From IMG/VR virus record IMGVR_UViG_2639762884_000001: a stretch of 64,000 nucleotides of DNA, one strand, 5' to 3'. The translations under genes were made by a program, and so were the position numbers. The notes under the pieces are model-generated. The model did no database searches and was not told the DNA's origin. It worked only from the letters and a program-made list of their open reading frames with translations. Below, piece after piece: positions 9,943 to 19,560 of the stretch. The DNA is from a virus (taxonomy: Duplodnaviria > Heunggongvirae > Uroviricota > Caudoviricetes). How positions within the stretch are numbered: the stretch's first letter is position 1; every line of letters begins with the position of its first letter.

Positions 9943-12900
9943 ATGTGGTACAGGGAAGGTACTATCACATTTACACAGGGTAGCAATACTCTGGTTGGGG
10001 CAGGGACAGCCTGGAACGTAACAGCTAATGGTGTGTTGCCGGGGATGATCGTCATTGGCCCCGACAATAAGCTGTATGAGATCAAGCGCGTAATAAGCGA
10101 TACGAATATTGTTCTCTCAGAACCTTATACCGGCGAAACTCAGTCTGAGGTTCCGTGCCGAATCATTACGACCTATGAAGGCGACTTAACACAGTTTAGC
10201 GCGCGCTTTACTGCGCTAATGTCGCGTATGTCGGCTGATTCCAAGTCCATGCGCAGTTGGTTGACTGCGCTGGATGAGGTGACAATCGAGCGTGAAGACG
10301 GTACAGAAGTGACCGTTAAGCCGCTGATACAGATTGTCAACGAGCACAACGAAAACGTTGAGTGGTATAAAAATAACACCGACGCGATTGACGCTGCTGG
10401 CGACAAAGCTCGTGAGGCGGCGGCCAGTGCTGCCGCAGCAGCAGAAAGCGCCAATACCGCTGGAGAAAAAGCCTCTCAAGCGTCTCAAAGTGCATCCGCT
10501 GCAGAGTCCTCAAAAAGCGCGGCGGCCACCAGTGCCGGTGCCGCGAAAACGTCTGAAACGAATGCTGCAGCGTCACAAAAATCTGCAGCCACTTCTGCAT
10601 CCACCGCGACCACGAAGGCGTCAGAAGCTGCCACCTCAGCCCGGGATGCGGCGGCCTCAAAAGAGGCAGCGAAATCATCAGAAACGAGCGCAGCCTCGAG
10701 CGCCAGTAATGCCGCTTCCTCGGCAACGGCGGCAGGAAATTCCGCGAAGGCGGCAAAAACGTCCGAGACGAACGCCAGGTCTTCTGAAACGGCAGCGGGA
10801 CAGAGCGCCTCAGCTGCGGCAGGCTCAAAAACAGCGGCTGCATCATCTGCCAGTGCCGCGTCAACAAGTGCCGGGCAGGCCTCAGCCAGTGCCACCGCCG
10901 CCGGAAAATCGGCAGAAAGCGCCGCATCATCCGCTTCAACAGCCACAACGAAGGCTGGCGAAGCCACTGAACAGGCCAGCGCAGCAGCGAGGTCAGCTTC
11001 CGCAGCGAAGACATCCGAAACGAACGCGAAAGCGTCGGAAACCCGTGCAGAATCCTCAAAAACGGCAGCCGCATCGTCCGCCAGTTCGGCAGCGTCATCG
11101 GCATCATCTGCGTCTGCTTCAAAAGATGAGGCGACCAGACAGGCGTCAGCAGCGAAGGGCAGCGCCACGACGGCATCCACGAAAGCAACAGAGGCGGCAG
11201 GCAGTGCGACGGCAGCATCTCAGAGCAAAACTGCTGCTGAATCCGCTGCGACCCGTGCGGAAGCTGCTGCTGATCGTGCTGAAGAGATTGCCGGTGCAGT
11301 TGCGATGGAAGACGCAAGCCTTACAACTAAAGGTGTTGTGAAACTTAGCAGTGCTGTCGATAGCACCAGTGAATCGCTGGCCGCAACGCCAAAAGCAGTT
11401 AAGGCCGCATATGATAATGCTGAAAAAAGACTACAGAAGGATCAGAATGGTGCTGATATCCCAGACAAGGGCCGCTTCCTGAGTAACATTAATGTTTACA
11501 GCAAAGGTGAAGTGGATAAGAAAAAGGGGATGCGAAAATACACTTTCTCTGCTCCTGCAAATGCAGTAAGCGGTAAGTGGTATCCTGTAGTCTTTCGCCG
11601 AACTGGTGGTGGCACAGATGAATTAGCCTCACGAGTGGTTATCACCACTTATTCCTCAGCTGGCGGATACGCTATGAATAATTGTGAGTTTAATGGTTTT
11701 GTTATGCCGGGCGGTTGGTCTGATCGCGGTTCATATGCTGTTGGTTTTTTCTCAATATATTCAACCGTTGAACGATCTATACACTCGATTATCGCAAGCG
11801 TGAAAGATGATGATTTGTGTAGTGTATTTTACGTTGAGACAAGAGCATTCCCTATCCAGATTTTTGCTGAGGAAGGATTAAATGTGATTGTTCCAACGGC
11901 TGATTATGCAGTTGGTCAAACCACTTATAAGTGGGGGGCCACTGATCCTTTATCAGAAAGTACGAATGCACAGATAATTTTGGACTTTAAAAATGGACGA
12001 GGTTATTACTGTTCACATCCATTTATTTCAAGTCTTTCAGGAAATGCTGCTACAGCAACGAAATTACAGACGGCAAGATCTATCGGTGGAGTTGGTTTCG
12101 ACGGTTCTGCCAATATTAATCTTCCAGGTGTAAACACTACGGGTAATCAGAACACCACTGGTAATGCCGCAACTGCTACAAAACTACAGACGGCAAGAAC
12201 TATCGGCGGCGTGAGCTTTGATGGTACTGCAAATATTAATTTGCCAGGTGTTAATACGACTGGTAATCAGAATACAACAGGTAATGCGGCTACTGCTACG
12301 AAGTTGCAGACTGCGCGTACTATTAATGGGGTGTCGTTTGACGGTTCGGCAAATATTTCCTTGTCACCAGCAAATATAGGTTGCCCAGCATCTCCTACTG
12401 GTTGGTTAACTACAGGAAGTAATGGCGGAGCAATAACAACAGCCCAGTTAGTGACGTTATTGCAAAATAATGGAGCCTTTAACACAAAGGCATGGATTGC
12501 TCGATGTGCGTGGGCCTATGCCAATAGCGCAACCATACCAAATAGTGAAACTGGTTGTGGCGTTATTCCATTGGCAGGAGCTGTTATAGAAGTATTTAAT
12601 AACGGTAGTAGTTCAAATAATTATACGATCCGCATAACAACGGCCACAACGACAAGTGTTTCCGGTGCTCTCACTAATGCGGAGTTTATCTATGTATTTA
12701 ATGGCACAGATTATTCTCCAGGATGGCGAAGAGTATATAACACGAAAAACAAACCAACAGCCTCTGATGTCGGTGCATTACCTCTTACCGGTGGTACATT
12801 ATCTGGAGGTTTGACATCTTCTGGCGAGATCATTTCAAAATATGCAAATGGTTTCCGCATTGCTTACGGTAGCTTTGGGTTCTTTATCCGTAATGATGGA

Positions 12901-13980
12901 TCGAACACATATTTCATGCTAACAGCATCAGGAGACACATTAGGTTCATGGAACGGTTTGCGACCTATTACAATTAATAATACCAGCGGTGCTGTATCAA
13001 TTGGTAATGGACTAAATGTGACTGGTGGCGTAAATGGTAGTTTGAACGGTAATGCTTCAACAGCTACGAAGTTGCAAACAGCGAGAAACATCAATGGTGT
13101 TAAGTTTGATGGCTCAGGCGATATCAACATTAATACATTGGTATCTCGTGGCCGAGTTACGGCGTTAAGCGGTTCTACTCAAGGTACTGCTGGCATTCAA
13201 ATGTACGAGGCGTACAACAATAGCTACCCGACCACGTATGGCAACGTATTGCACATGAAAGGTGCGAGTGCTGCTGGTGAGGGCGAGTTGCTTATTGGCT
13301 GGAGTGGTACGAGCGGTGCACATGCGCCGGTTTTCATTCGCTCCAGAAGAGATACCACTGATGCGGCATGGTCAGCGTGGGCGCAGGTATATACCGCTAA
13401 GGATTCAATCCCTGGTGTGAATACAACCGGTAATCAGAATACTACTGGTAATGCCGCAACAGCCACAAAATTGCAGACAGCAAGGAAAATTGCTGGTGTG
13501 GCGTTTGATGGCTCTGCCGATATAACTTTGACTGCGGCTAACCTTAATGCTTACACGAAAACAGAGGTAACAAACCTTCTAAGTTCCTATGTGAAGAGCA
13601 GTGCTCTTCCAAGCATGACTGTGCGAACTTCCTCTGTTTCAGGTGGGGATATGGGCATGAGCTTGTCCGCATTCATTAGCCACCTAAAATCAAATGGGGC
13701 GTTTAGCAAAAGTTATTGGATTGGCTTTGGCGATGCTATGGGATTCAATGCTGGCAGTATCAACAATATAACGGGATTTGGTGCTGTAGAATTAGCAGAA
13801 TCTATAATCGAAGTTTTTAATCTACCTAACGGTGATTATACAATTCGTTTAACAACGTCACATAAAGCTGACTACGGTGGAGTTACAAACGCAATCCTCG
13901 TTTATCACTACCGTAGTAATAGAAGTCCGTCAGGTCAATGGCTGAAATTTGCAGGTACTGTTGGGGCAACAAGTAACTGA
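9943..13980 (+). CDS. Side tail fibre protein, Stf-like
   Basis: 1345 aa; Ala/Ser/Thr-rich low-complexity N-terminal third with SETNA(K/R)(A/S)SE-type repeats like lambdoid Stf; repeated GNAATATKLQTAR modules; good RBS (caaggag) before ATG. Confidence 0.75.
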   Translation: MWYREGTITFTQGSNTLVGAGTAWNVTANGVLPGMIVIGPDNKLYEIKRVISDTNIVLSEPYTGETQSEVPCRIITTYEGDLTQFSARFTALMSRMSADSKSMRSWLTALDEVTIEREDGTEVTVKPLIQIVNEHNENVEWYKNNTDAIDAAGDKAREAAASAAAAAESANTAGEKASQASQSASAAESSKSAAATSAGAAKTSETNAAASQKSAATSASTATTKASEAATSARDAAASKEAAKSSETSAASSASNAASSATAAGNSAKAAKTSETNARSSETAAGQSASAAAGSKTAAASSASAASTSAGQASASATAAGKSAESAASSASTATTKAGEATEQASAAARSASAAKTSETNAKASETRAESSKTAAASSASSAASSASSASASKDEATRQASAAKGSATTASTKATEAAGSATAASQSKTAAESAATRAEAAADRAEEIAGAVAMEDASLTTKGVVKLSSAVDSTSESLAATPKAVKAAYDNAEKRLQKDQNGADIPDKGRFLSNINVYSKGEVDKKKGMRKYTFSAPANAVSGKWYPVVFRRTGGGTDELASRVVITTYSSAGGYAMNNCEFNGFVMPGGWSDRGSYAVGFFSIYSTVERSIHSIIASVKDDDLCSVFYVETRAFPIQIFAEEGLNVIVPTADYAVGQTTYKWGATDPLSESTNAQIILDFKNGRGYYCSHPFISSLSGNAATATKLQTARSIGGVGFDGSANINLPGVNTTGNQNTTGNAATATKLQTARTIGGVSFDGTANINLPGVNTTGNQNTTGNAATATKLQTARTINGVSFDGSANISLSPANIGCPASPTGWLTTGSNGGAITTAQLVTLLQNNGAFNTKAWIARCAWAYANSATIPNSETGCGVIPLAGAVIEVFNNGSSSNNYTIRITTATTTSVSGALTNAEFIYVFNGTDYSPGWRRVYNTKNKPTASDVGALPLTGGTLSGGLTSSGEIISKYANGFRIAYGSFGFFIRNDGSNTYFMLTASGDTLGSWNGLRPITINNTSGAVSIGNGLNVTGGVNGSLNGNASTATKLQTARNINGVKFDGSGDININTLVSRGRVTALSGSTQGTAGIQMYEAYNNSYPTTYGNVLHMKGASAAGEGELLIGWSGTSGAHAPVFIRSRRDTTDAAWSAWAQVYTAKDSIPGVNTTGNQNTTGNAATATKLQTARKIAGVAFDGSADITLTAANLNAYTKTEVTNLLSSYVKSSALPSMTVRTSSVSGGDMGMSLSAFISHLKSNGAFSKSYWIGFGDAMGFNAGSINNITGFGAVELAESIIEVFNLPNGDYTIRLTTSHKADYGGVTNAILVYHYRSNRSPSGQWLKFAGTVGATSN
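10400..11300 (+). repeat. Low-complexity Ala/Ser/Thr-rich degenerate repeat region in the side fibre gene
   Basis: About 300 aa dominated by A/S/T/K/E with recurring AAKTSETNA and SASAA units; generates long spurious ORFs in other frames and on the opposite strand. Confidence 0.6.
12040..12340 (+). repeat. Three tandem ~120-nt modules (GNAATATKLQTAR-IGGV-FDGSANINLPGVNTTGNQNTT) in the side fibre gene
   Basis: Near-identical peptide modules seen three times in tandem, with further copies near 13040 and 13440. Confidence 0.6.
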
Positions 13981-13998
13981 TTTAGACATTATTTATAT

Positions 13999-14030
13999 GG
14001 CTGTGAGGTTTAAAATGCGATCTCACAGCC
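13999..14030 (+). terminator. Hairpin after the fibre gene (possible terminator)
   Basis: 9-bp stem ggctgtgag / ctcacagcc with 14-nt loop; no clear U-tract. Confidence 0.3.
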
Positions 14031-14170
14031 GCAATCATAGGGATATATTAGTGAGTTACTAGATACGAATTTGAACAGCCGTTAAACGGCATATGCATAG
14101 ATAGGTAAGTATGTACCTATAATTGAAAGGAGAAGTGTGATATAAATCCGCCATCCCGATTTGACTTTTC

Positions 14171-14506
14171 ATGGAGGAAAATATGTCGAACGAGATGGCG
14201 GGCGTTACAACAGAGCAAGTTGAGCGTATTGCCGCGATCGTTGCTCGGGAGGTTGTTGGTAAATTAGGTAAAGAGCTACGTGAAGAAATTGGCCAGGAGG
14301 TCAATGATCAGCTGAAAACCTACTTTGGTGATATGACCCCGGCGCAACATAGTATTCAACACTCCAATCTGGACAAACTCCTTAACCGGTTAGATTCCAT
14401 CTCCAGTGGGTTCTTTGGCGGCATTGTTTCTAAAATAACGTCGTTCATTATTACTGCACTGCTTTTGGGGTTAGCCGCGTATGGCGTAAAAAATGGACTG
14501 CAATAA
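14171..14506 (+). CDS. Putative holin-like protein with a single C-terminal transmembrane helix
   Basis: 111 aa, hydrophobic C-terminal segment ITSFIITALLLGLAAYGV; first gene of the apparent lysis cassette; call is positional only. Confidence 0.3.
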   Translation: MEENMSNEMAGVTTEQVERIAAIVAREVVGKLGKELREEIGQEVNDQLKTYFGDMTPAQHSIQHSNLDKLLNRLDSISSGFFGGIVSKITSFIITALLLGLAAYGVKNGLQ

Positions 14507-15212
14507 CAGGAGATCAAGGATGAAGACTCCGAGAGGCATTCGTAATAATAACCCCGGTAATCTTGATAAAGGATCACCGTGGCAAGGTCTGGTTGCGAAT
14601 CCAGACGAACCGCGCTTTTGCACGTTTAAAGACCCTGTTTGGGGGATTCGTGCGCTGGCGGTGACTCTAATTACCTACCACGACAAACGTCGCGCAAAAG
14701 ACGGCTCAAGTATCGATACCATTCGTGAAGTTATTGAACGTTGGGCACCGCCGAATGAAAACAATACTGACGCCTACATTAATGAGGTGTCTAAAGCCGT
14801 TGGTGTAACCGCAGACATGATCATCGATCTGCATGATTACGACATCCTTCGACCTTTGGTTGAGGCAATCATTCGCCATGAGAATGGGCGAGGTCCGCTA
14901 AAAACGCTGAACACCTGGTATGCGGCAGAAGTTATTGAGGAAGGTCTGCGTCGAGCTGGCGTCGTTAAGCCGGTGAAAACCGTGAAGGCTGTTCCTGTAA
15001 CTAAAGAAACCGCAGGCGCAACTGTCACAGCAGGTATTGGTCTGGCGCAGCTGGCCGATGTTATGCAGCAGGTTTCCGCTGCTATGGATAAAGCACAAGG
15101 TCATATCTCTAGCGGGGATACAGTACGCATCATCTTCGGTATTGCCACTATTGTTGTGGCAGGATTCATTGCCTGGTCGCAGGTAAGAAAACACCAGAAA
15201 GGGATGGTCTAA
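14493..15212 (+). CDS. Putative lysis protein / cell-wall hydrolase with C-terminal membrane anchor
   Basis: 239 aa with N-terminal GIRNNNPGNL motif and C-terminal TM helix IIFGIATIVVAGFIAWSQV; lies between the holin-like gene and the spanin pair; catalytic family not assignable by eye. Confidence 0.35.
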   Translation: MDCNNRRSRMKTPRGIRNNNPGNLDKGSPWQGLVANPDEPRFCTFKDPVWGIRALAVTLITYHDKRRAKDGSSIDTIREVIERWAPPNENNTDAYINEVSKAVGVTADMIIDLHDYDILRPLVEAIIRHENGRGPLKTLNTWYAAEVIEEGLRRAGVVKPVKTVKAVPVTKETAGATVTAGIGLAQLADVMQQVSAAMDKAQGHISSGDTVRIIFGIATIVVAGFIAWSQVRKHQKGMV

Positions 15213-15213
15213 T

Positions 15214-15465
15214 ATGCTAGGCAGCCTGATGACAAAGCTAAAAGTTGCTTTGATTACGCTGGCTGCCGTTCTTTTCGTTCTTGTCGGCGCTTACACGATG
15301 GGCGGAAATGCGGCGCGACGAGCAATGGAAGAGAAGGCAAAACAGGAAGACAGAAAACGACTTCAAAGCACAGTGGATGTCAAAAATGAAACGGTTAATG
15401 AAGTGCGGCAAAAAGATGCCTCTGGTGTTCATCGCGAGCTGTTTGATAAATGGGTGCGTGATTAA
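15214..15465 (+). CDS. Inner-membrane spanin (Rz-like)
   Basis: 83 aa with N-terminal TM helix followed by a charged helical region; an o-spanin-like ORF is embedded in a different frame. Confidence 0.5.
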   Translation: MLGSLMTKLKVALITLAAVLFVLVGAYTMGGNAARRAMEEKAKQEDRKRLQSTVDVKNETVNEVRQKDASGVHRELFDKWVRD

Positions 15466-15613
15466 GACGCAGGCTCCAGGCGTGCTATTCTGCGATGCTG
15501 CAAATCCTATCTATGTGAGTAGAGAGGATTTTATGACTGAGGAAACGGAGCGACAGTTGCTTATCCACAATACGATAGGTGAAAGGCTGTGTGAGTGGGG
15601 GCACCTGAACTGA
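15377..15613 (+). CDS. Outer-membrane lipoprotein spanin (Rz1-like), embedded in and overlapping the i-spanin gene
   Basis: Internal start gives MSKMKRLMKCGKKMPLVFIASC with lipobox IASC; start could also be 15386, 15398 or 15416; the long N-terminal extension of the track ORF (from 15281) is probably not translated. Confidence 0.45.
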   Translation: MSKMKRLMKCGKKMPLVFIASCLINGCVIKTQAPGVLFCDAANPIYVSREDFMTEETERQLLIHNTIGERLCEWGHLN

Positions 15614-15837
15614 GTCGATGATTGATGAGTGGTCTCAGTTTACCTTTTATCCTAAAGATGGCATCTTCACTCATATACACGCCTGTTCACTCAAGCTCAT
15701 GTTGAATCATTTAGTAATTTGATGTAGATTTATTAGGCATCCACGTAAGTGGACACATACAGGCTACGCATCCTCGTAGCCTTCAACCCCGAGAGGGGTG
15801 CCGCAATGACACTTGTGTTAACGGCTAAGGTGGACAC

Positions 15838-16221
15838 ATGCTGAACGAGAAACGTTCTATACAAACTATTCGCGATTGCACGAGTATTATCGAGACTCAT
15901 GTGCTGAATCAGCACAAGCTTGAAGTACGTAAGCTCAATAATGACGCTATTGAACCGGAAGACTCACGCTTCATCGTTACCTTCAAAGACGATGTTGAGC
16001 GCGCTGGTGCAAGCGTGAAGCCATTAGCTGAAGCAATTTACCTGAATGGTCGTGTTCGTTTTGTAGTCAAGCCAGCTAAACAGTACCCTGAGCTGTCTCG
16101 TTTTATCGAGGCTTTTTCGGAGGTTATTGAACATTCTATTCGCCGCTTCTTACGCAATCATGGTAGCATTGTCAGCACGGTTAAGGCTGATGATTCTGCT
16201 ACAAAATGGCTCCTACACTAG
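15838..16221 (+). CDS. Hypothetical protein
   Basis: 127-aa ORF in operon context; no recognisable motif. Confidence 0.35.
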   Translation: MLNEKRSIQTIRDCTSIIETHVLNQHKLEVRKLNNDAIEPEDSRFIVTFKDDVERAGASVKPLAEAIYLNGRVRFVVKPAKQYPELSRFIEAFSEVIEHSIRRFLRNHGSIVSTVKADDSATKWLLH

Positions 16222-16958
16222 ATAGCGCATATTCAAAAGATCTAAGCGAGTTTCCTCATAAAGGGGAGACTCGTGTTGTTCGTTTTGGCTTTCTTATCAA
16301 TGAAGCCTCCCTCTATAAAATCTCAGAAATTGAAATCATTGAACCAGAAGATGACATTTGCCTGTATGTCTCTATGGAACGTGTAGGTGCGCGCGACCAA
16401 GGCGACCTGAGCGAATTCATCTTAGATCGAGCGGATGAAGATGCCCCTGAAGAAGAGATTATCAAAGAGGTGCTCCAGTCCGGGCTTCTGGACGAAAACA
16501 AAAATACGATCGCTGGTAGGATAGCTCTGCGTGAATATAGTTTTGTTGAAGACGGTAATGAGATCGAATGTTACCAGGTAGCCGGTGTCGAAACTGTCAG
16601 AGAGCGTCGTCAGCGAGGATTGTGTCACCGTACCTATCTCTTTCTTCTTCATTGGTATGAGCATTTAGTCTGCGACGATACACAAACCATTCCTGGTGCT
16701 AAGATCTGGGCAGGGCCTCTCATGCGAACCGGCGATGTGCGTATATACAATGCCAAAACAGAAACGTTCGAGGATGTGTTAGGTGAGTACGGGATGGGGA
16801 AAGAAACCGGATTTTTGCCGTGGAACAGAGGATTGTTGCTTGATGCAGAGTTAAGCTCTTGGCTCCCAAACAAAGTGCAAGTTAACGTTCAGAAATTTAT
16901 CGTACTTATCATCTCCCGCAAAACAAGAACTCCAGTAGGTTTATACCTAAAAGATTAA
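16206..16958 (+). CDS. Hypothetical protein
   Basis: 250-aa ORF overlapping the previous stop; followed by a clear intrinsic terminator. Confidence 0.4.
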   Translation: MAPTLDSAYSKDLSEFPHKGETRVVRFGFLINEASLYKISEIEIIEPEDDICLYVSMERVGARDQGDLSEFILDRADEDAPEEEIIKEVLQSGLLDENKNTIAGRIALREYSFVEDGNEIECYQVAGVETVRERRQRGLCHRTYLFLLHWYEHLVCDDTQTIPGAKIWAGPLMRTGDVRIYNAKTETFEDVLGEYGMGKETGFLPWNRGLLLDAELSSWLPNKVQVNVQKFIVLIISRKTRTPVGLYLKD

Positions 16959-16964
16959 AAATCA

Positions 16965-16986
16965 GGCGACTTTGGTCGCCTTTTTG
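16965..16986 (+). terminator. Rho-independent terminator
   Basis: ggcgac-tttg-gtcgcc hairpin followed by TTTTT. Confidence 0.6.
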
Positions 16987-17133
16987 TTAACAGCCATTGA
17001 TTCTCGCCTAAAAATTCTAAGGCAGCACCTACCATTTAACCTTTACACCACAGCCGTAGGCATTTAGGCTATATCACATATAAGAAAACAAGTTGTTTCA
17101 GACGATAATTATATACGCAAAGGGAACTCTCCA

Positions 17134-17802
17134 ATGACCAAGATCTTTGTGGTTGGCGGCACAAAGGGCGGGCCTGGCAAATCCACCGTTGCCCAGCAAA
17201 TTGCCGTTTGCCTGAAAGTCAAAAAGAAGAAGAAGGTTTATATCACCGATATAGATATTCAGCGCACGACAACGAGCTGGTGTGAAGACCGTCGACAGAA
17301 CGAAGATCTTGAGCTGATTCCTTTTGCATACGTTCAAGATGACATCATTAAGCACCTAAAATCGCTTCAGGGTAGAGCTGAGTATGTAGTGGTAGATGCT
17401 GGTGGCTTTGACTCCGAAATTCAGCGACAAGCGATGCTGATGGCCGACGTTATCATTATCCCGCTGCGTCCTAAGCGTCGTGATTTGAAATCTTTACGTG
17501 ACATCGATCCTATTATCGACAATGTTCGCAATGTAAACGACAAAGTGAAAGTCCGCGCGGTCATGAACCAATGCCCGGCTTTGCCATCACAAGTGTCTCG
17601 CATTCTAGCGGCTAAAGAGATTGTCGAGACGTTTGGCATCGAGTCTGCGCCAGTCAATCTATATAACCGCAACGTCTATGATGATGCGGAAGAGTCTGGT
17701 CGTTCTATCTTTGAAATGACCGGTAGCGAGCGCGACAAAAAGGCGGAAGCCGAGTTTGAAGAATTTGTAGATTATCTGTTGAGTCTGGAGGAAGAAGAAT
17801 AA
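17134..17802 (+). CDS. parA: Partition ATPase ParA (type Ib, deviant Walker A)
   Basis: KIFVVGGTKGGPGKSTVA deviant Walker A (KGGxGKS/T); 222 aa without N-terminal HTH. Confidence 0.8.
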   Translation: MTKIFVVGGTKGGPGKSTVAQQIAVCLKVKKKKKVYITDIDIQRTTTSWCEDRRQNEDLELIPFAYVQDDIIKHLKSLQGRAEYVVVDAGGFDSEIQRQAMLMADVIIIPLRPKRRDLKSLRDIDPIIDNVRNVNDKVKVRAVMNQCPALPSQVSRILAAKEIVETFGIESAPVNLYNRNVYDDAEESGRSIFEMTGSERDKKAEAEFEEFVDYLLSLEEEE

Positions 17803-18161
17803 TGTCCATGAAAATGGGTGACCTAGCAAAGCGCAAAGAGCCTGATGCACCGGCTAAGAACACAACTCCTTTGCGCCAACCAATCAGACCACAGGGACGC
17901 CCGACTCGTGGCAAAGAGAAAATTAAAAGCCGCACGATGTCACTGGAAGACGAATACTTCGAACTGCTGGAGATGATGAAGTTCATCCCTCGCTTCGAGA
18001 AGTTCACCCGTTCTGACGTGATTCGCGCAGCCATTTTCCATCTGGCAGAGAAGTCACCGCAGGAAATCGAGGACATCGTGAAACTTAACGAGGCGATCAC
18101 TGCTGCCGATGTCACGATGCGTACCGATGAAATTAAACGCGAGTTAATGAAGAAAGGTTGA
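17802..18161 (+). CDS. Small centromere-binding partition protein (ParG/RHH-like)
   Basis: 119-aa ORF translationally coupled to parA (ATG overlaps the stop); basic disordered N-terminus and small helical C-terminal domain. Confidence 0.45.
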   Translation: MSMKMGDLAKRKEPDAPAKNTTPLRQPIRPQGRPTRGKEKIKSRTMSLEDEYFELLEMMKFIPRFEKFTRSDVIRAAIFHLAEKSPQEIEDIVKLNEAITAADVTMRTDEIKRELMKKG

Positions 18162-18170
18162 TATAAATCT

Positions 18171-18200
18171 CTAAGGCTGGTCTGCATTGGACAGCCTTAG
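18171..18200. terminator. Bidirectional hairpin between convergent genes
   Basis: Perfect 9-bp inverted repeat ctaaggctg / cagccttag with 12-nt loop, between the + strand partition genes and the minus-strand ORF ending at 18222. Confidence 0.45.
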
Positions 18201-18221
18201 AAATATTTCGTTCTATGAAAG

Positions 18222-19295
18222 CTATTCGTAGTTAAGCTCACCGAACAGACTGAACATCAAGTCACCATCCAAAATTTCAAAGGGCAACTCGACATACTCA
18301 TCCTTATGTCTCGGAATTGCGTTGCCGTCGTTAGGGGCATTCTTGGTATAACCTTTTACATGTTTACCGTTTTCTTTTGTATACGGCAGCACGACAATTC
18401 GACCGTGATTTTTTGAAATGATAGTTCCTTCTTTCCAGAGCGTATTGCCTCTTGAGGTGGTTTCGCTTTCGCTAGCAACTTTAACACTCCAACCTACCTG
18501 ATTTTTGTCCTCAAACCAGAAAACAAAGTTGCCAACAACCAGTACCTTTTGCCCATTCCTGAGAGCTTCATCCAGCATTCTTTTTACGCTGGCGAGTTGC
18601 AGTAACCGGTTAGCACGCGGCAGAAGCATTGAGCGAATAGTCGCTTTTGTTTTTCCCCAATGTGCAGCGCCTGATAAACCAAAACCTCTGGCTATGCGTT
18701 CTTGGTAGCAGATCTTCGCTGTCTTAGCTTTGTTGTTATATGAACATTCCCAAGTGTTAGGAGCAACGAGTTGAAGTGAAACTTGGAATTTGGGAAGAAA
18801 AACAAAATGTAAGTAAGGCATCTCGCTTAGCACGTCAAAAAGGGGTTGACGCAAAGTTTCGTAATCTGGGTTAATTATTAACTCATTTAATGTCACTCGC
18901 GGATCGTTGGCGTGTGCCTTAATTGCTTCGTTGAGCATTATATGCTCTTCATCCATGAGACGTGATTTGGCTTTGAGTGCTTTGTCAACTTTCAAACGCA
19001 ATGACTTCTTTTGAAACATAGATAGAGGAAGTTTTTCAATGTCAAAGCTCACGTTTTTATTCAGCTCTAATGCCGCTTTTCTTGCTTCAGGATAGTTATC
19101 GTAGTCGTCATCAAAAGCGTGGTTTGGCATACCACGATCAACATATCGCCGATACCAAGCAAGGGTTCCATCATTACGGAGTTTCAGACAGAACATCGAC
19201 CATTTATTCCGTTCATATTTAGGCTGAGGCCAAAAAGCCAGTTCGGGAAGGCCATATCCTGGAAGTCTATTCATGCGCATGGTGACAATATCCAC
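18222..19295 (-). CDS. Hypothetical protein encoded opposite to flanking operons
   Basis: 357-aa ORF; possible D...(E/D)xK-like segment (VLVVGNFVFWFEDK) but no secure family assignment. Confidence 0.4.
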   Translation of the reverse strand: MDIVTMRMNRLPGYGLPELAFWPQPKYERNKWSMFCLKLRNDGTLAWYRRYVDRGMPNHAFDDDYDNYPEARKAALELNKNVSFDIEKLPLSMFQKKSLRLKVDKALKAKSRLMDEEHIMLNEAIKAHANDPRVTLNELIINPDYETLRQPLFDVLSEMPYLHFVFLPKFQVSLQLVAPNTWECSYNNKAKTAKICYQERIARGFGLSGAAHWGKTKATIRSMLLPRANRLLQLASVKRMLDEALRNGQKVLVVGNFVFWFEDKNQVGWSVKVASESETTSRGNTLWKEGTIISKNHGRIVVLPYTKENGKHVKGYTKNAPNDGNAIPRHKDEYVELPFEILDGDLMFSLFGELNYE

Positions 19296-19560
19296 GAGGC
19301 TAAAACACTGATTCTAACATGATCTCCCTTGATAAATCTGTCAATGACATAGCATCTGGGGTTGGAGTCAAATTATGTTGTTCTTGGTATCCATTAGGAG
19401 CCTGTTTCTGTATATAAATAATAAGTAACTTATTAAATATATACGGAAGCAGGTCTTTTAAAAGACACCACCAGACCAACTCCCTTCCGTTTTCACTTCC
19501 AAAAACTGACACCAGTCGCTATCATCCGCTCATTGTGATAAGTAAGTAACTACCTACCAG

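Noticed and set aside
10334-11341. Long ORFs in alternative frames and on the minus strand within the side fibre gene (10334-11341 +, 10337-11317 -, 10485-11180 -), one encoding an Arg/Pro/Gln-rich protein and one an Ala/Asp-rich protein
   Set aside because: They are produced by the GC-rich Ala/Ser/Thr repeat tract of the fibre gene, have extreme low-complexity translations and no start context; the fibre frame is continuous across the region
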